From a virus (taxonomy: Duplodnaviria; Caudoviricetes), in the IMG/VR virus record IMGVR_UViG_3300037851_000677, positions 1 through 34,517 of that record: a DNA stretch of 34,517 nt; one strand, 5' to 3'. This document shows, one piece after another, positions 23,740 to 32,911 of the stretch (its first letter is position 1; every line of letters starts with the position of its first letter). The translations under genes were made by a program, and so were the position numbers. The notes below the pieces were generated by a model that ran no database searches, was not told where the DNA came from, and was given only the letters and a program-made list of their open reading frames with translations.

Positions 23740-24684
23740 ATGACCTCTTTCGCCGAACAGATGAACGCCGCCCAGTCCCGCGTCATCGATCCGATCCTGA
23801 CCGAACACGTCCGCGGCTATTCCAATGCCCAGATGATCGGGATGAAGCTCTTCCCGGTTGTCAACATGCCGACCCGAGCGGCCAAGCGGATCGAGTTCAA
23901 CCGTGAAGCGCTGCGCCGCGTGCTGACTGCCCGCGCGCCCGGCACCAACATGGGCCGCTACAACATGAGCTATAAGGGTCTGCCGGTGAACCTCACCCAG
24001 GACGCCCTGCAGGCGGTGACGCCGGTCGAGTTCATGGAAGAGGCCAATGCGGTGCCCGGGATCGACCTGCAGCAGGAAAGCGTCGATGTCGTCCTGGCGG
24101 TGATCGCGCTCAGCCTGGAGATCCAGCAGGCCGAGCTCGCCCGCAACGCTGCGCTCTACGATGCGACCAACAAGCTGGCCGTCGCTGGCGGCGACAAGTG
24201 GACGGTCGAAACCAGCGATCCGGGCGCAGTGGTCGAGGACGCCAAGGAAGCGATCCGCAAGCAGACCGGACGCCGCCCCAATCTGCTCGAAGTCAGCGCC
24301 ACGGTGCGGGCCGCGCTCAAGGTGCATCCGAAGGTTCGCGACCATTTCAAGTACACCACCGCGGCGGCGATCTCCGACAAGATGCTGGCCGAATACTTCG
24401 ACGTCGCCGAAGTCGTGGTCGGCGATGCGATCTATGACCTCGACGACGGGACCACGGTCGATGTGTGGGGCAATGACGCGGTGCTCGCCTTCGTTGCGCC
24501 GGAAGGCCAGCGCAACATGCGCCTGCCGAGCTACGGCTACACCTACCGCCTGCGCGGCCATCCGTTCGTCGAAGTGGTCGAGTGGGACAAGGACACCCGC
24601 AGCTGGACCAACAACGTGATCGACGAACAGTCGCCCGAGATTGTCGGTGCCGACGCGGGCTTCCTGATCCAGGGCGCGGTCTGA
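23740..24684 (+). CDS. Major capsid protein
   Basis: RVIDPILT...GY.N, LFPVV, TGRRPN, PSYGYTY, AGFLI; size and position. Confidence 0.9.
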   Translation: MTSFAEQMNAAQSRVIDPILTEHVRGYSNAQMIGMKLFPVVNMPTRAAKRIEFNREALRRVLTARAPGTNMGRYNMSYKGLPVNLTQDALQAVTPVEFMEEANAVPGIDLQQESVDVVLAVIALSLEIQQAELARNAALYDATNKLAVAGGDKWTVETSDPGAVVEDAKEAIRKQTGRRPNLLEVSATVRAALKVHPKVRDHFKYTTAAAISDKMLAEYFDVAEVVVGDAIYDLDDGTTVDVWGNDAVLAFVAPEGQRNMRLPSYGYTYRLRGHPFVEVVEWDKDTRSWTNNVIDEQSPEIVGADAGFLIQGAV

Positions 24685-24698
24685 TCCACGCGCCTGGC

Positions 24699-24735
24699 GG
24701 CGGGGCCGGCCGGTCTTCCAGCGGCCGGCCCCGCC
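24699..24735 (+). terminator. 14-bp GC stem-loop after the capsid gene (partial terminator or mRNA stabiliser)
   Basis: GGCGGGGCCGGCCG / CGGCCGGCCCCGCC. Confidence 0.5.
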
Positions 24736-24767
24736 AACTCCCTCTTTCCAGATCTAGGAGCTGACCG

Positions 24768-25310
24768 ATGCCCCAGTATGAAGTTCTCACCCCGCTTTCG
24801 AATGGCCGCGGCAAGCCGCCGCACGCACCCGGCTCGGTGGTCGAGCTCGAACAGAGCGATGCCGCAGACCTGGTCGCGATCAAGGCACTGCGCCCGGTCG
24901 CGGTGCTCGGGCAACAGGCCGACGGGCAGAATGCCGATGCACCTGCGCAGGCTGATGGCGAAGGTAACGGGGAAGACCGCAGTCTGCTCGCCTTCGGCCA
25001 GAAGACGATGGCCGAGCTGTCCAAGTCCAGCCACAAGCAGCTCGACGCCCTGATCGGCGCCGAGCAGGTCGAGGACGTGGCCGCTTCGCCAGGGAAGAAG
25101 CCGTCTGTGGCACAGAAGGCAGCGGCCATCACGGCACAGCGACTGGCCAAGCTGGTCAATGAAGCCGACGAAGCACAGCTCAAGGGTTTCCTCCAGGACG
25201 CGGGTTTCGAGAGCCTTGAAGCTCTCGATCTCGGCGAAGACGCGGGCGAAGACGATATCCGCGTTGCGCTGCTCGCCTGGGTCATCGGGATGCTCCAGGA
25301 GGGCGCGTGA
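24768..25310 (+). CDS. Hypothetical head-region protein
   Basis: SD AGGAG; follows the capsid gene. Confidence 0.75.
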   Translation: MPQYEVLTPLSNGRGKPPHAPGSVVELEQSDAADLVAIKALRPVAVLGQQADGQNADAPAQADGEGNGEDRSLLAFGQKTMAELSKSSHKQLDALIGAEQVEDVAASPGKKPSVAQKAAAITAQRLAKLVNEADEAQLKGFLQDAGFESLEALDLGEDAGEDDIRVALLAWVIGMLQEGA

Positions 25311-25546
25311 TGGCCGAGGTCACTGACGATCGGCTGCGCCTTCTCCTCGAGCGCATTGAGCGGCTCGAGGAGGAAAAGAAGGGCATCGCCGATGACATCC
25401 GCGATGTCTACGCCGAGGGCAAGGCGGTCGGTTACGACACCAAGATGATGCGCGAGCTCAAGAAGCTGCGCGCCATGAAGCCCGATGACCGGGCCGAAAT
25501 GGAAGCACTGCGCGAGACCTACATGGCGGCGGTGGGCCTCGGCTGA
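25310..25546 (+). CDS. GapR/DUF2312-family nucleoid-associated protein
   Basis: DDRLRLLLERIERLEEEKKGIADDIRDVYAEGKAVGYDTK.MR...LR. Confidence 0.9.
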   Translation: MAEVTDDRLRLLLERIERLEEEKKGIADDIRDVYAEGKAVGYDTKMMRELKKLRAMKPDDRAEMEALRETYMAAVGLG

Positions 25547-26271
25547 TGCGGGTCGTCTCGCTCATCAAGTCTCCGACCGAGACGCTGGTTCACCGGGTCG
25601 ATCTGGGCGGCAGGGGCGTTGCGCTCGAGCCGGTCCAGATCGAGCCGCGCGGGCTGGTGCTGGCGGTCAACGGACTGGGGGTGGCCCAGATCCTCGACGC
25701 CGGCAATCTCGTGCTGGAGATCTCGGGCGGGGACTACGGCGAGACCTATGCGGTTCGCTGTGCGGCCGAGTTCGACGATGAGAGCCTGCGCGAGATCCCG
25801 TTCGAGCTGGCGGTGATCGATGGCGACTGGACGATGCCCGACGGCGGCGCGCCGATGCTGTCGATCGGCAGCTTCGTTTCCAAGGTCGGCCGGGACGAAG
25901 TGCTGCGGCTGACCGATACCGGTGACGGGCGGATCGACAAGGGGCTGGTGATCGGTGCGCTGACCGATGCCCAGGCACAGGCCGAAGCGCATCTGGCCGG
26001 GCGCTATGCGCTGCCGTTCGCGGCCGTGCCGGTGCTGGTCGAGGGGATCATCGCCGATCTGGCGCGGGCGGCGCTCTATGTCGACGAGCTGCCCGACAAT
26101 GTTGCCGAGCGTCGCCGGATCGCGCTGCGCAACCTCGACGCGATCCGCAAGGGCGACCTGCGGCTCGGGACCGAGGCGCTGGCGCAGACGGCAGCGCCGA
26201 CCGACCCGGTCAAGTTCGATCCCGGCACGCGGGCCTATCCGGACGGGCTCAAGGACTATGCGTTCCGATGA
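25546..26271 (+). CDS. Mu gp36-like (DUF1320) head-tail adaptor with extra N-terminal domain
   Basis: C-half ALTDAQAQAEAHLAGRYALP...DLARAALY...L..IRKG...LG; extra ~100-aa beta-rich N-half. Confidence 0.82.
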   Translation: MRVVSLIKSPTETLVHRVDLGGRGVALEPVQIEPRGLVLAVNGLGVAQILDAGNLVLEISGGDYGETYAVRCAAEFDDESLREIPFELAVIDGDWTMPDGGAPMLSIGSFVSKVGRDEVLRLTDTGDGRIDKGLVIGALTDAQAQAEAHLAGRYALPFAAVPVLVEGIIADLARAALYVDELPDNVAERRRIALRNLDAIRKGDLRLGTEALAQTAAPTDPVKFDPGTRAYPDGLKDYAFR

Positions 26272-26771
26272 GCGGCTTTGTCTCCATCACGATCGACAGG
26301 TCGCTGGCCGACCAGCTCGCGCGCGCCACCGCCGAGGCTGCCGATCTGCGACCGGCGATGGACGAGATCTCGGAAGAGATGCTGACGGACACCCGCCGCC
26401 GCTTTTTTGCCGAGGTCGCGCCAGGCGGTGTGCCGTGGAAGAAGAGCCAGCGGGCGATCGAAAAGGGCGGCAAGACGCTCCAGGACAAGGGTTTCCTGCT
26501 GCGCTCGCTTGATCGCCGGTCGGGCGCGAATTTTGCCGAAGTTGGGGTGACGCCTGGTGGGCCGCAAGAGGCCTACGCCGCCATTCACCAGTTCGGCGGA
26601 ACGATCGTGCCCAAGAACAAGAAGACGCTCAGTTTCGGCGGCCGACTGGCGGCCAAGGTGACGATGCCGGCGCGGCCCTATCTCGGGTTCGATCCCGACA
26701 CGGCCGAGGATATCCGCGAGATCCTCTCCGCACATCTGCGGCGCGTGTTCGACCAGGCTGCGCCGGCATGA
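26268..26771 (+). CDS. Virion morphogenesis protein (Mu gpG-like)
   Basis: RRRF..E.APGG.PW, L.D.G.L..S, YAAIHQFGG, MPARPYLG. Confidence 0.9.
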   Translation: MSGFVSITIDRSLADQLARATAEAADLRPAMDEISEEMLTDTRRRFFAEVAPGGVPWKKSQRAIEKGGKTLQDKGFLLRSLDRRSGANFAEVGVTPGGPQEAYAAIHQFGGTIVPKNKKTLSFGGRLAAKVTMPARPYLGFDPDTAEDIREILSAHLRRVFDQAAPA

Positions 26772-27184
26772 TCGCGCTCGGCCCCATCATCGCCGAGCTC
26801 AAGGCAGCGGGTTACGGCCAGGTCGAAGGGCTGTTCGAGTTCGCGCAGCTCAAGTCGCCGCCGCGCAATCTGCCGGCGCTGTATGTCATTCCCAACAGGA
26901 CCGATGCACAGGGCGCGCCGCGGCTTGGGGCCTACGACCAAAAGCTGACGTTCGGCTTCTCGGTCGTGATCGTCATGGCGCTGCCGGCGCGCAGCACGGC
27001 AGGGGTCAGCGAGCAGCTGAGGGACGAGCTGCGGCGGGTCAACGATGCGCTGTTCGGGTGGCAGCACCCGGAAGCGGCCAGCGGCTGTTACCTGGCCGCA
27101 GGCCTGCTGCTCGACCTCGACGCCGCCACACTGAGCTGGCGGCAGGATTTCACCACCACTTACCGCGAAAGGAAGGTCGCATGA
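26768..27184 (+). CDS. Tail terminator-like protein (gp37 position)
   Basis: PALYVIP, FSVVIV, ALFGWQ, W.QDFTT; position. Confidence 0.75.
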   Translation: MIALGPIIAELKAAGYGQVEGLFEFAQLKSPPRNLPALYVIPNRTDAQGAPRLGAYDQKLTFGFSVVIVMALPARSTAGVSEQLRDELRRVNDALFGWQHPEAASGCYLAAGLLLDLDAATLSWRQDFTTTYRERKVA

Positions 27185-27471
27185 CCGAGAAGGCAACCAG
27201 GGCCGAAAGCTCCAAGAACGAGGCGCCCAAGAACACTGCGGACCATAGTGCTGACGCCGGGAACATGGTGAGTCAGCCCACCCCTGCGCAGTCGCAGACA
27301 GTGCGGCAGGACGGCCTCCAGATCGACGGCTTCGGCCTTCCTGTCAACGGTGTCGCCCGCGCCAAGGTGCTGGGTGAGCTGAGCGAGAAGGACCCGGTCG
27401 CCGATCCATCCAAGTGGAGCGACACGCTGGCCACCAAGGCCCGCAAGCTGACGGAGAAGTTCTATGGTTGA
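27181..27471 (+). CDS. Hypothetical protein
   Basis: ATG 27181 with SD and ATGA overlap. Confidence 0.7.
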   Translation: MTEKATRAESSKNEAPKNTADHSADAGNMVSQPTPAQSQTVRQDGLQIDGFGLPVNGVARAKVLGELSEKDPVADPSKWSDTLATKARKLTEKFYG

Positions 27472-28405
27472 TGTGACCCGCGTGATCGCCGCCAAGGCCG
27501 AGGTGACTTATGGCACCGACTCTGCCCCGACGCTTGCGGCCGATGCGATCCTGACCCGCAATTATTCGACCACTCCGCTGGAAGTCGACCAGATCGACCG
27601 CAATCTCGACAGCGGCGGCAAGTATGGTGCGACCCGCAAGAAGCCGAGCAATGCCCGCATCCGTTCGAGCTACGAGGTCGAGCTGGCCGGGTCGGGCGCG
27701 GCCGGGACGGCCCCGAAATGGATGGGCGTGCTGGCGGCGGCCGGGATGTTCTCCCCGACGCTGGCGGCAGGCGTCAGCGCGACCCAGAAATTTGCCCAAC
27801 CCGGCCAGGTCAACGGCTCGCTGACCGAGCATGCCTGGGTCGATAACCAGCTGCGCAAGACCGTTGGCCAGCGCGGCAGCTTCATGCTCGATTTTACGGC
27901 CGGGCAATTGCCCTTCGCCAGCCTCAACATGCTCGGCCTGGTCCCTGCCGCCGCGCCGCGGGTTGTGTCGGTCCCGGCCGCGGCCAACTTCGCCAGTTGG
28001 ATCGAACCGCTCGAAGTGAACAACGAGAACTCGCTGTTCACGCTTGACGGGTTCGGGGCGGTCACCCGCAGCCTCAAGATCGAGAGCGGGGTAAATACCA
28101 ATCTGCGTTCGCTGATCGGCTCGCGCTACGTGAAGAGCGGCAATCACACCGCCACCGCGCGGGCGGTGATCGAAGCGCCTTCGATCGCGACCAAGGACTA
28201 TCTCGCCAGACTCCAGACCGGCGATCTCGTCGCCTGGTCTCTTACCCATGGCACTGCGGTCGGAAACATCATCGAAGTGACCGGCGCGAAGGCGCAGATC
28301 ACCGCGATCGCCGAGCAGGAGGAAGACGACGTGCTGATGTTCGATATCAGCCTGCTGCTGACCGTCGATGGCGGCGCGGACGATCTTGTCCTGGTCGCGA
28401 AGTAA
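27464..28405 (+). CDS. Tail tube protein (non-contractile tail)
   Basis: AK.E.TYGTD, EVELAGSG.AGTAP, HGT.VGNI; no sheath gene adjacent. Confidence 0.85.
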   Translation: MVDVTRVIAAKAEVTYGTDSAPTLAADAILTRNYSTTPLEVDQIDRNLDSGGKYGATRKKPSNARIRSSYEVELAGSGAAGTAPKWMGVLAAAGMFSPTLAAGVSATQKFAQPGQVNGSLTEHAWVDNQLRKTVGQRGSFMLDFTAGQLPFASLNMLGLVPAAAPRVVSVPAAANFASWIEPLEVNNENSLFTLDGFGAVTRSLKIESGVNTNLRSLIGSRYVKSGNHTATARAVIEAPSIATKDYLARLQTGDLVAWSLTHGTAVGNIIEVTGAKAQITAIAEQEEDDVLMFDISLLLTVDGGADDLVLVAK

Positions 28406-28527
28406 TACCGGGGCCGTCCGGACCTGCGCAGGCAGGTAGGCCCACGAGCAACGGCGGCGGCGATCCGGATAAGTCGTCGCCACCACTTCAGGCGGCTTTC
28501 AGGGCCGCTGCAACCAAGGATCAGACC

Positions 28528-28932
28528 ATGTTCAAACTCGTTGAAGAGCGCCGCGCCTGGCAGCCTGTCATATTCCCCGGCCTGACCGAGGAAGGCGAGC
28601 GGGTCGAGAACCAGGTCGAGATGCAGTTCGTGCTGCTATCAACCGATGCCAACCTCAAGCTGATGCAGGAAGCCGGCGAAATGACCGTCGATACCCGCGC
28701 GGGCGAAGGCAGCGAGAAGGCCGAGACCCGCAAACTGTCCGAAGTCATGGCCGCGTTCGGGATGAAGATCGTGCGCGACTGGAAGGGTGTGGCCGAGGCG
28801 AACGGTGATCCGATCAAGTTCAGCGAACAGGACCTGGCGCGGTTCTTCAATGTCCCCGGCACCTTCGAAGCGATGCTGCGCGCCTATCGCGAGGCAACCA
28901 CCGGAGGAAAGGATGCGCGGGCAAAAAACTGA
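28528..28932 (+). CDS. Tail assembly chaperone (G-like)
   Basis: IVRDWKGV....G.PI.FS; ends RAKN on a slippery site. Confidence 0.85.
   Translation: MFKLVEERRAWQPVIFPGLTEEGERVENQVEMQFVLLSTDANLKLMQEAGEMTVDTRAGEGSEKAETRKLSEVMAAFGMKIVRDWKGVAEANGDPIKFSEQDLARFFNVPGTFEAMLRAYREATTGGKDARAKN
28923..28929 (+). other. Putative -1 programmed frameshift site A AAA AAC
   Basis: The -1 frame (LKSLARRWAKG...) is open from here through 29291. Confidence 0.8.
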
Positions 28933-29291
28933 AATCGCTCGCCCGTCGCTGGGCCAAAGGGCGGACGGGCGGGCGGTCCAGGAGCGAGGACAAGTTCACG
29001 CAGGAAGCGATCCTGCCGGCGTGGATGGAGAAGCAGCGAACCGAGGATGCGCCGCACGAGGTGCCGCTGGCCGACGCCCCCGTCGCCACGCTGTTCTTTG
29101 CGCTCGATACGCAATGGCGGCGGCACGCGATGAGCGGGTTGCGGATAGGCATCGACTACGCCGCAATCCGGCCAACTGCGGAGCTGTACCAGGTCGAACT
29201 TTCGCCCGAGCTGATGGCCGATATTCGGATGATGGAAGCGGCCGCACTGGCGCAGTTCGCGGAAGACGAGAAGCGTAGGGCGCGGCGATGA
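28929..29291 (+). CDS. Tail chaperone GT C-terminal part (DUF1799-like)
   Basis: LF.ALDTQWR......IGIDYAA...DIRMMEAAAL; first ATG at 29025, probably reached by frameshift. Confidence 0.82.
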   Translation: MKSLARRWAKGRTGGRSRSEDKFTQEAILPAWMEKQRTEDAPHEVPLADAPVATLFFALDTQWRRHAMSGLRIGIDYAAIRPTAELYQVELSPELMADIRMMEAAALAQFAEDEKRRARR

Positions 29292-32200
29292 CAGACCTCA
29301 TTCTCGGTGCCAGACTTGAAGCTGACGGGAGCAAGCTGGTCGGCCAGCTCAGCGCGGCCGAGGCTGCCGCGCGGGGGCTGGAAGGTGCGCTTGAAGGCAC
29401 CGGGCAGGAGGCGCGCCAGCTCGACAGAGCGGTCGACCAGGTCGGCCAATCGACGACGCAGGCGACGGGCAAGGTCCGAGGCCTGGAAGATGCGCTGGAG
29501 GGCGCAGGGCGGGCAGCGCGATCGGCCGATGCCGCTACCGATGCACTGACTGCCGGCCAGCGCCAGCTCGCGACAGCGACCGCAGCGGCAGGCGCTTCGG
29601 CCAGCGCACAGAGGGCCGGGTACCAGCAGCTCGGTTTCCAGATGCAGGACGTGTTCCAGCAGGTTGCGCTGGGCATCAATCCGCTGGTCATCCTGGCGCA
29701 GCAGGGCGGGCAGACCGCCAGCGCCATCGCGCTGATGGGCGAGCGGGCCGACGGTTCGCAAAGCCGCTTCACCAAATTCGCGGCCTTCCTGTCCGGCCCA
29801 TGGGGCGCCGCTCTGTTCGGAGCGGTGACGATTGTCGGCTTCCTCGTGCAGGGCATGCTCGAGGCCGGCGAGGCGGCCGAGGAAGGCGAGGACAAGGCCT
29901 ACAATTTCGCAGGCGGGCTCGATGTGCTGACGCTGGCTGCCGACGATGCCAAGGCGGCGATGGACCAGCTTGCCAACAGCCTGCGCTCGGCCATCGTGCT
30001 TCAGGGCAGTTTCATCCGGGGCGAGGCGGCCATTGCCAAGCAGAAGGCCGATCAGCTGCAGGCCCAGATCCGGGCCGATACCGAGGAGCGCGCCGCCTTG
30101 CGCACCAAGCGCGGCGGTCTCGGTGCGACACTGCTTCCCCAGTTCTTCGGACCTAGCACCGAAGATCTCCGGCGCGAGAGGGAGCTTACCCAGCGCATCG
30201 ACGCCAACCGCCGGGCGCTGCCCAGTGCGCTGCAGGCCAGCGCCAGTGGTGCGTTGGTAATTGCGCAGCGGAATGTGGAGGAGAGCTTCGATCCGCTCCT
30301 CGGCAAGATCCGCGAGGTCGATGAAGAAATCGCCAAACTCAATGCGCGTTATGAGCAGACGAAGCGCGGCGACGATCCGCTGTCCGCATTCAACATCTCG
30401 GACGATGACTACAACAGCCAGTTCTCGGCTCTCTACCAGCAACGCAAGTCGCTGGAAGAGCAGCAGAGGGAAGAGCGGCGCAATCCCCGGAACCGGAGAG
30501 GCTCGGGCGATCGCTCCCGGGAACAGCTGAAATCCTTTGGTGAAAGCGCATCCGAGAAGGTCAACCGCGTGCTCGCCGATTATGACCCGGCGTCGCGGGG
30601 CCTCGACAAGGCGCTGCAGGATATGCGCGAGCTCGACCGGCTGATCGTCGAGCTGGGTGAACGCAAGCCGCCCGGTTTCGAAGAGACGATCAAATCGGCG
30701 GAGGAAGCGCGCAAGGCAGTCGAGGAAGGCCTGGCCGAGCCAATCCGCAATATCGCCGACAGCTTCTCCGACGTGCCACGGGATCTGGCGACAGCCGGCG
30801 CGGCCATGGCCGACCTCGACGCGATCGCCGCGCGCCTCAAGGAAGCCAAGCCGCCCAATCTCGACGCGCTGCTGGCGCAGATCGAGCAGGCGCGAGGGGC
30901 AGTAAACGACAGTCTCGTGCGTCCGTTTCAGGACATCCTGCGCGACCAGGAGCAGGGGATCGAGCTACAACGGCTCGCGCTCGAAAGCCGCTACGAGGAA
31001 GCCGATCAACTCGCCTTCATCCATGACCTGATGCGGCAGGTCGGAGCGGAAAGCGAGGAACAGCTCGCCACCGAACTGCTCAAGCGCGGCGTGACGGCCG
31101 AGATGCTTGAGCAGATGATCAAGAACCTCGGGGTCGAGCGGCAGCTCAGCGAGGCCTCGGCGCGCAGGCTGGAGATCCAGCAGGAGCATCTGCGCGAGGT
31201 CGATGCTTTCCGGGGCAATATCGAGCGGTTCTTTGCCGATATCCCGAGCCGCGGCCTCAAGGCGTTGGGCGACTTCGCCAAGAACGTCCAGAACCAGGTC
31301 TCCGACTATTTCGCGCGCTATCTGACCGAGACGCTGTTCGGCGGAGTGTTCCGCCAGCTTGAAGCGCAGATGACCGGGCAGGATCAGGTGCGGGAAGCCA
31401 ACGAGGCCTATGTCCGCCAGCTTGGCGACGTGGTCTCGGCGCTCGAAGCGCTGGAAATGGCCGCCAATGATGCTGCCGTGGCGCAGGGCGGTATGATCAC
31501 GGTCACCGCCGCCAAGCCCGGTGAGGAAGTAGACCCGTTCGACTACCGGATGAAGAGCCCGAAGGAGCTCTTCCGCGAAATGATCGGGCCGCTCCTCGAG
31601 GAGCTGGGTATCGACAAGGATCTGGCCAGCAGCATCGGCGAAAAGGTCGGTTCGGCGCTGGAAGGCGTCGTGATCGGCCAGGCCGCGTCTCGCAGTCTCC
31701 TCGGTGACAAGGGCAGCGGCACGGGAGCGGCCATCGGCGGCGCTCTCGGCAAGGTGGCAGGCGAAGAGCTGGGCAAGGTTGTCGGGGGCACACTCGGCAA
31801 GTTTCTCGGCCCGCTGGGCGGCATTGCGGGCGGTATCCTGGGCGGCCTCGTCGGCGGGCTGTTCAAGAAGGACAAGTTCGGTACCGCCAGCCTCTCGGGC
31901 GCCGAGGGAATGGATGTGTCGTCGCGCGGCGCCGGGCGCGCCGACGGCGCGAGTTCGCTGGGCGGTTCTGTGCAATCGGCGCTGGCCGAGATTGCCGAGG
32001 CGCTCGACGCGGAGATCGGGGCCTTCAAGGTCTCGATCGGGACCTTCAACGACAGCCTGCGGGTCTCGACCTCCGGGCGGACCGGCAAGCTCAAGAAGAA
32101 GTATGGCGACGTGAAGGACTTCGGCGAGGACGAGGCCGGAGCGCTGGCCTTTGCCATCGCCGACGCGATCGGGGACGGTGCGGTCAAGGGGGTGAGCGCG

Positions 32201-32911
32201 GCCGTCCAGAAGGCGCTGCAATCATCCGAAGACATCCAGCAGGCGCTGGAGGAAGCGCTGGCGGTCAAGGAGGTCGAGGACATTCTTGCGGGGATGGCCG
32301 ACGACTGGATCAAGGAACTGCGTGCGTTCGAGAAGGTCGCCGAGGAGCGCCTGCGGATCGGGCGCGAATACGGCTTCGACTTGGTCGAGCTCGAAAAGCA
32401 CAATGCCGAGGAGCGCAACAAGCTAATCGAGGACATCCTGCAGAGCCGCGTCGGCGCGCTCAAGGATCTGCTCGACGATCTCAAGTTCGGAGATCTGGCC
32501 GAAGGGACACTGTCGGACAGGCGAGGCAGGCTCCTTGGCGAGATCGCCAAGGCCGAGGATGACGCCGAGAAAGGCGTCGAGGGCGCGGCAGCGAAGCTGG
32601 CGCAGCTCCAGCGGGATCTGATCGAGCTGTCCTACGATGCCTATGGCACGGCAGGTGCCGAATACGGTGCCGATCGCGACCAGGCCGTCAGCTCGGCCGA
32701 GCGGATAATTGCGCTCGAGGAAGAGCGGGTCCGCAATGCCCAGGCCGAACTTACCGAGCGCCTCGATACCGGCAATGCCATCGCCAACGAGGGGAACGAC
32801 ATTCTGGCGGAGATCCGCGCAGGGATCGACCGGCTTGGCCGGGTGCCTGCAGGCAACTTCACCGGCTTCGCCGCCGATACGCTGGAAACCGCCCGGCAGG
32901 TGGTGCGATGA
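29288..32911 (+). CDS. Tail tape measure protein
   Basis: 1207 aa, helical; LGFQMQDVFQQ...INPLVILAQQGGQ; Gly-rich hydrophobic segment. Confidence 0.93.
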   Translation: MTDLILGARLEADGSKLVGQLSAAEAAARGLEGALEGTGQEARQLDRAVDQVGQSTTQATGKVRGLEDALEGAGRAARSADAATDALTAGQRQLATATAAAGASASAQRAGYQQLGFQMQDVFQQVALGINPLVILAQQGGQTASAIALMGERADGSQSRFTKFAAFLSGPWGAALFGAVTIVGFLVQGMLEAGEAAEEGEDKAYNFAGGLDVLTLAADDAKAAMDQLANSLRSAIVLQGSFIRGEAAIAKQKADQLQAQIRADTEERAALRTKRGGLGATLLPQFFGPSTEDLRRERELTQRIDANRRALPSALQASASGALVIAQRNVEESFDPLLGKIREVDEEIAKLNARYEQTKRGDDPLSAFNISDDDYNSQFSALYQQRKSLEEQQREERRNPRNRRGSGDRSREQLKSFGESASEKVNRVLADYDPASRGLDKALQDMRELDRLIVELGERKPPGFEETIKSAEEARKAVEEGLAEPIRNIADSFSDVPRDLATAGAAMADLDAIAARLKEAKPPNLDALLAQIEQARGAVNDSLVRPFQDILRDQEQGIELQRLALESRYEEADQLAFIHDLMRQVGAESEEQLATELLKRGVTAEMLEQMIKNLGVERQLSEASARRLEIQQEHLREVDAFRGNIERFFADIPSRGLKALGDFAKNVQNQVSDYFARYLTETLFGGVFRQLEAQMTGQDQVREANEAYVRQLGDVVSALEALEMAANDAAVAQGGMITVTAAKPGEEVDPFDYRMKSPKELFREMIGPLLEELGIDKDLASSIGEKVGSALEGVVIGQAASRSLLGDKGSGTGAAIGGALGKVAGEELGKVVGGTLGKFLGPLGGIAGGILGGLVGGLFKKDKFGTASLSGAEGMDVSSRGAGRADGASSLGGSVQSALAEIAEALDAEIGAFKVSIGTFNDSLRVSTSGRTGKLKKKYGDVKDFGEDEAGALAFAIADAIGDGAVKGVSAAVQKALQSSEDIQQALEEALAVKEVEDILAGMADDWIKELRAFEKVAEERLRIGREYGFDLVELEKHNAEERNKLIEDILQSRVGALKDLLDDLKFGDLAEGTLSDRRGRLLGEIAKAEDDAEKGVEGAAAKLAQLQRDLIELSYDAYGTAGAEYGADRDQAVSSAERIIALEEERVRNAQAELTERLDTGNAIANEGNDILAEIRAGIDRLGRVPAGNFTGFAADTLETARQVVR

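Noticed and set aside
29156-32550. Long - strand ORFs opposite the tape measure gene
   Set aside because: Shadow frames with no recognisable features.
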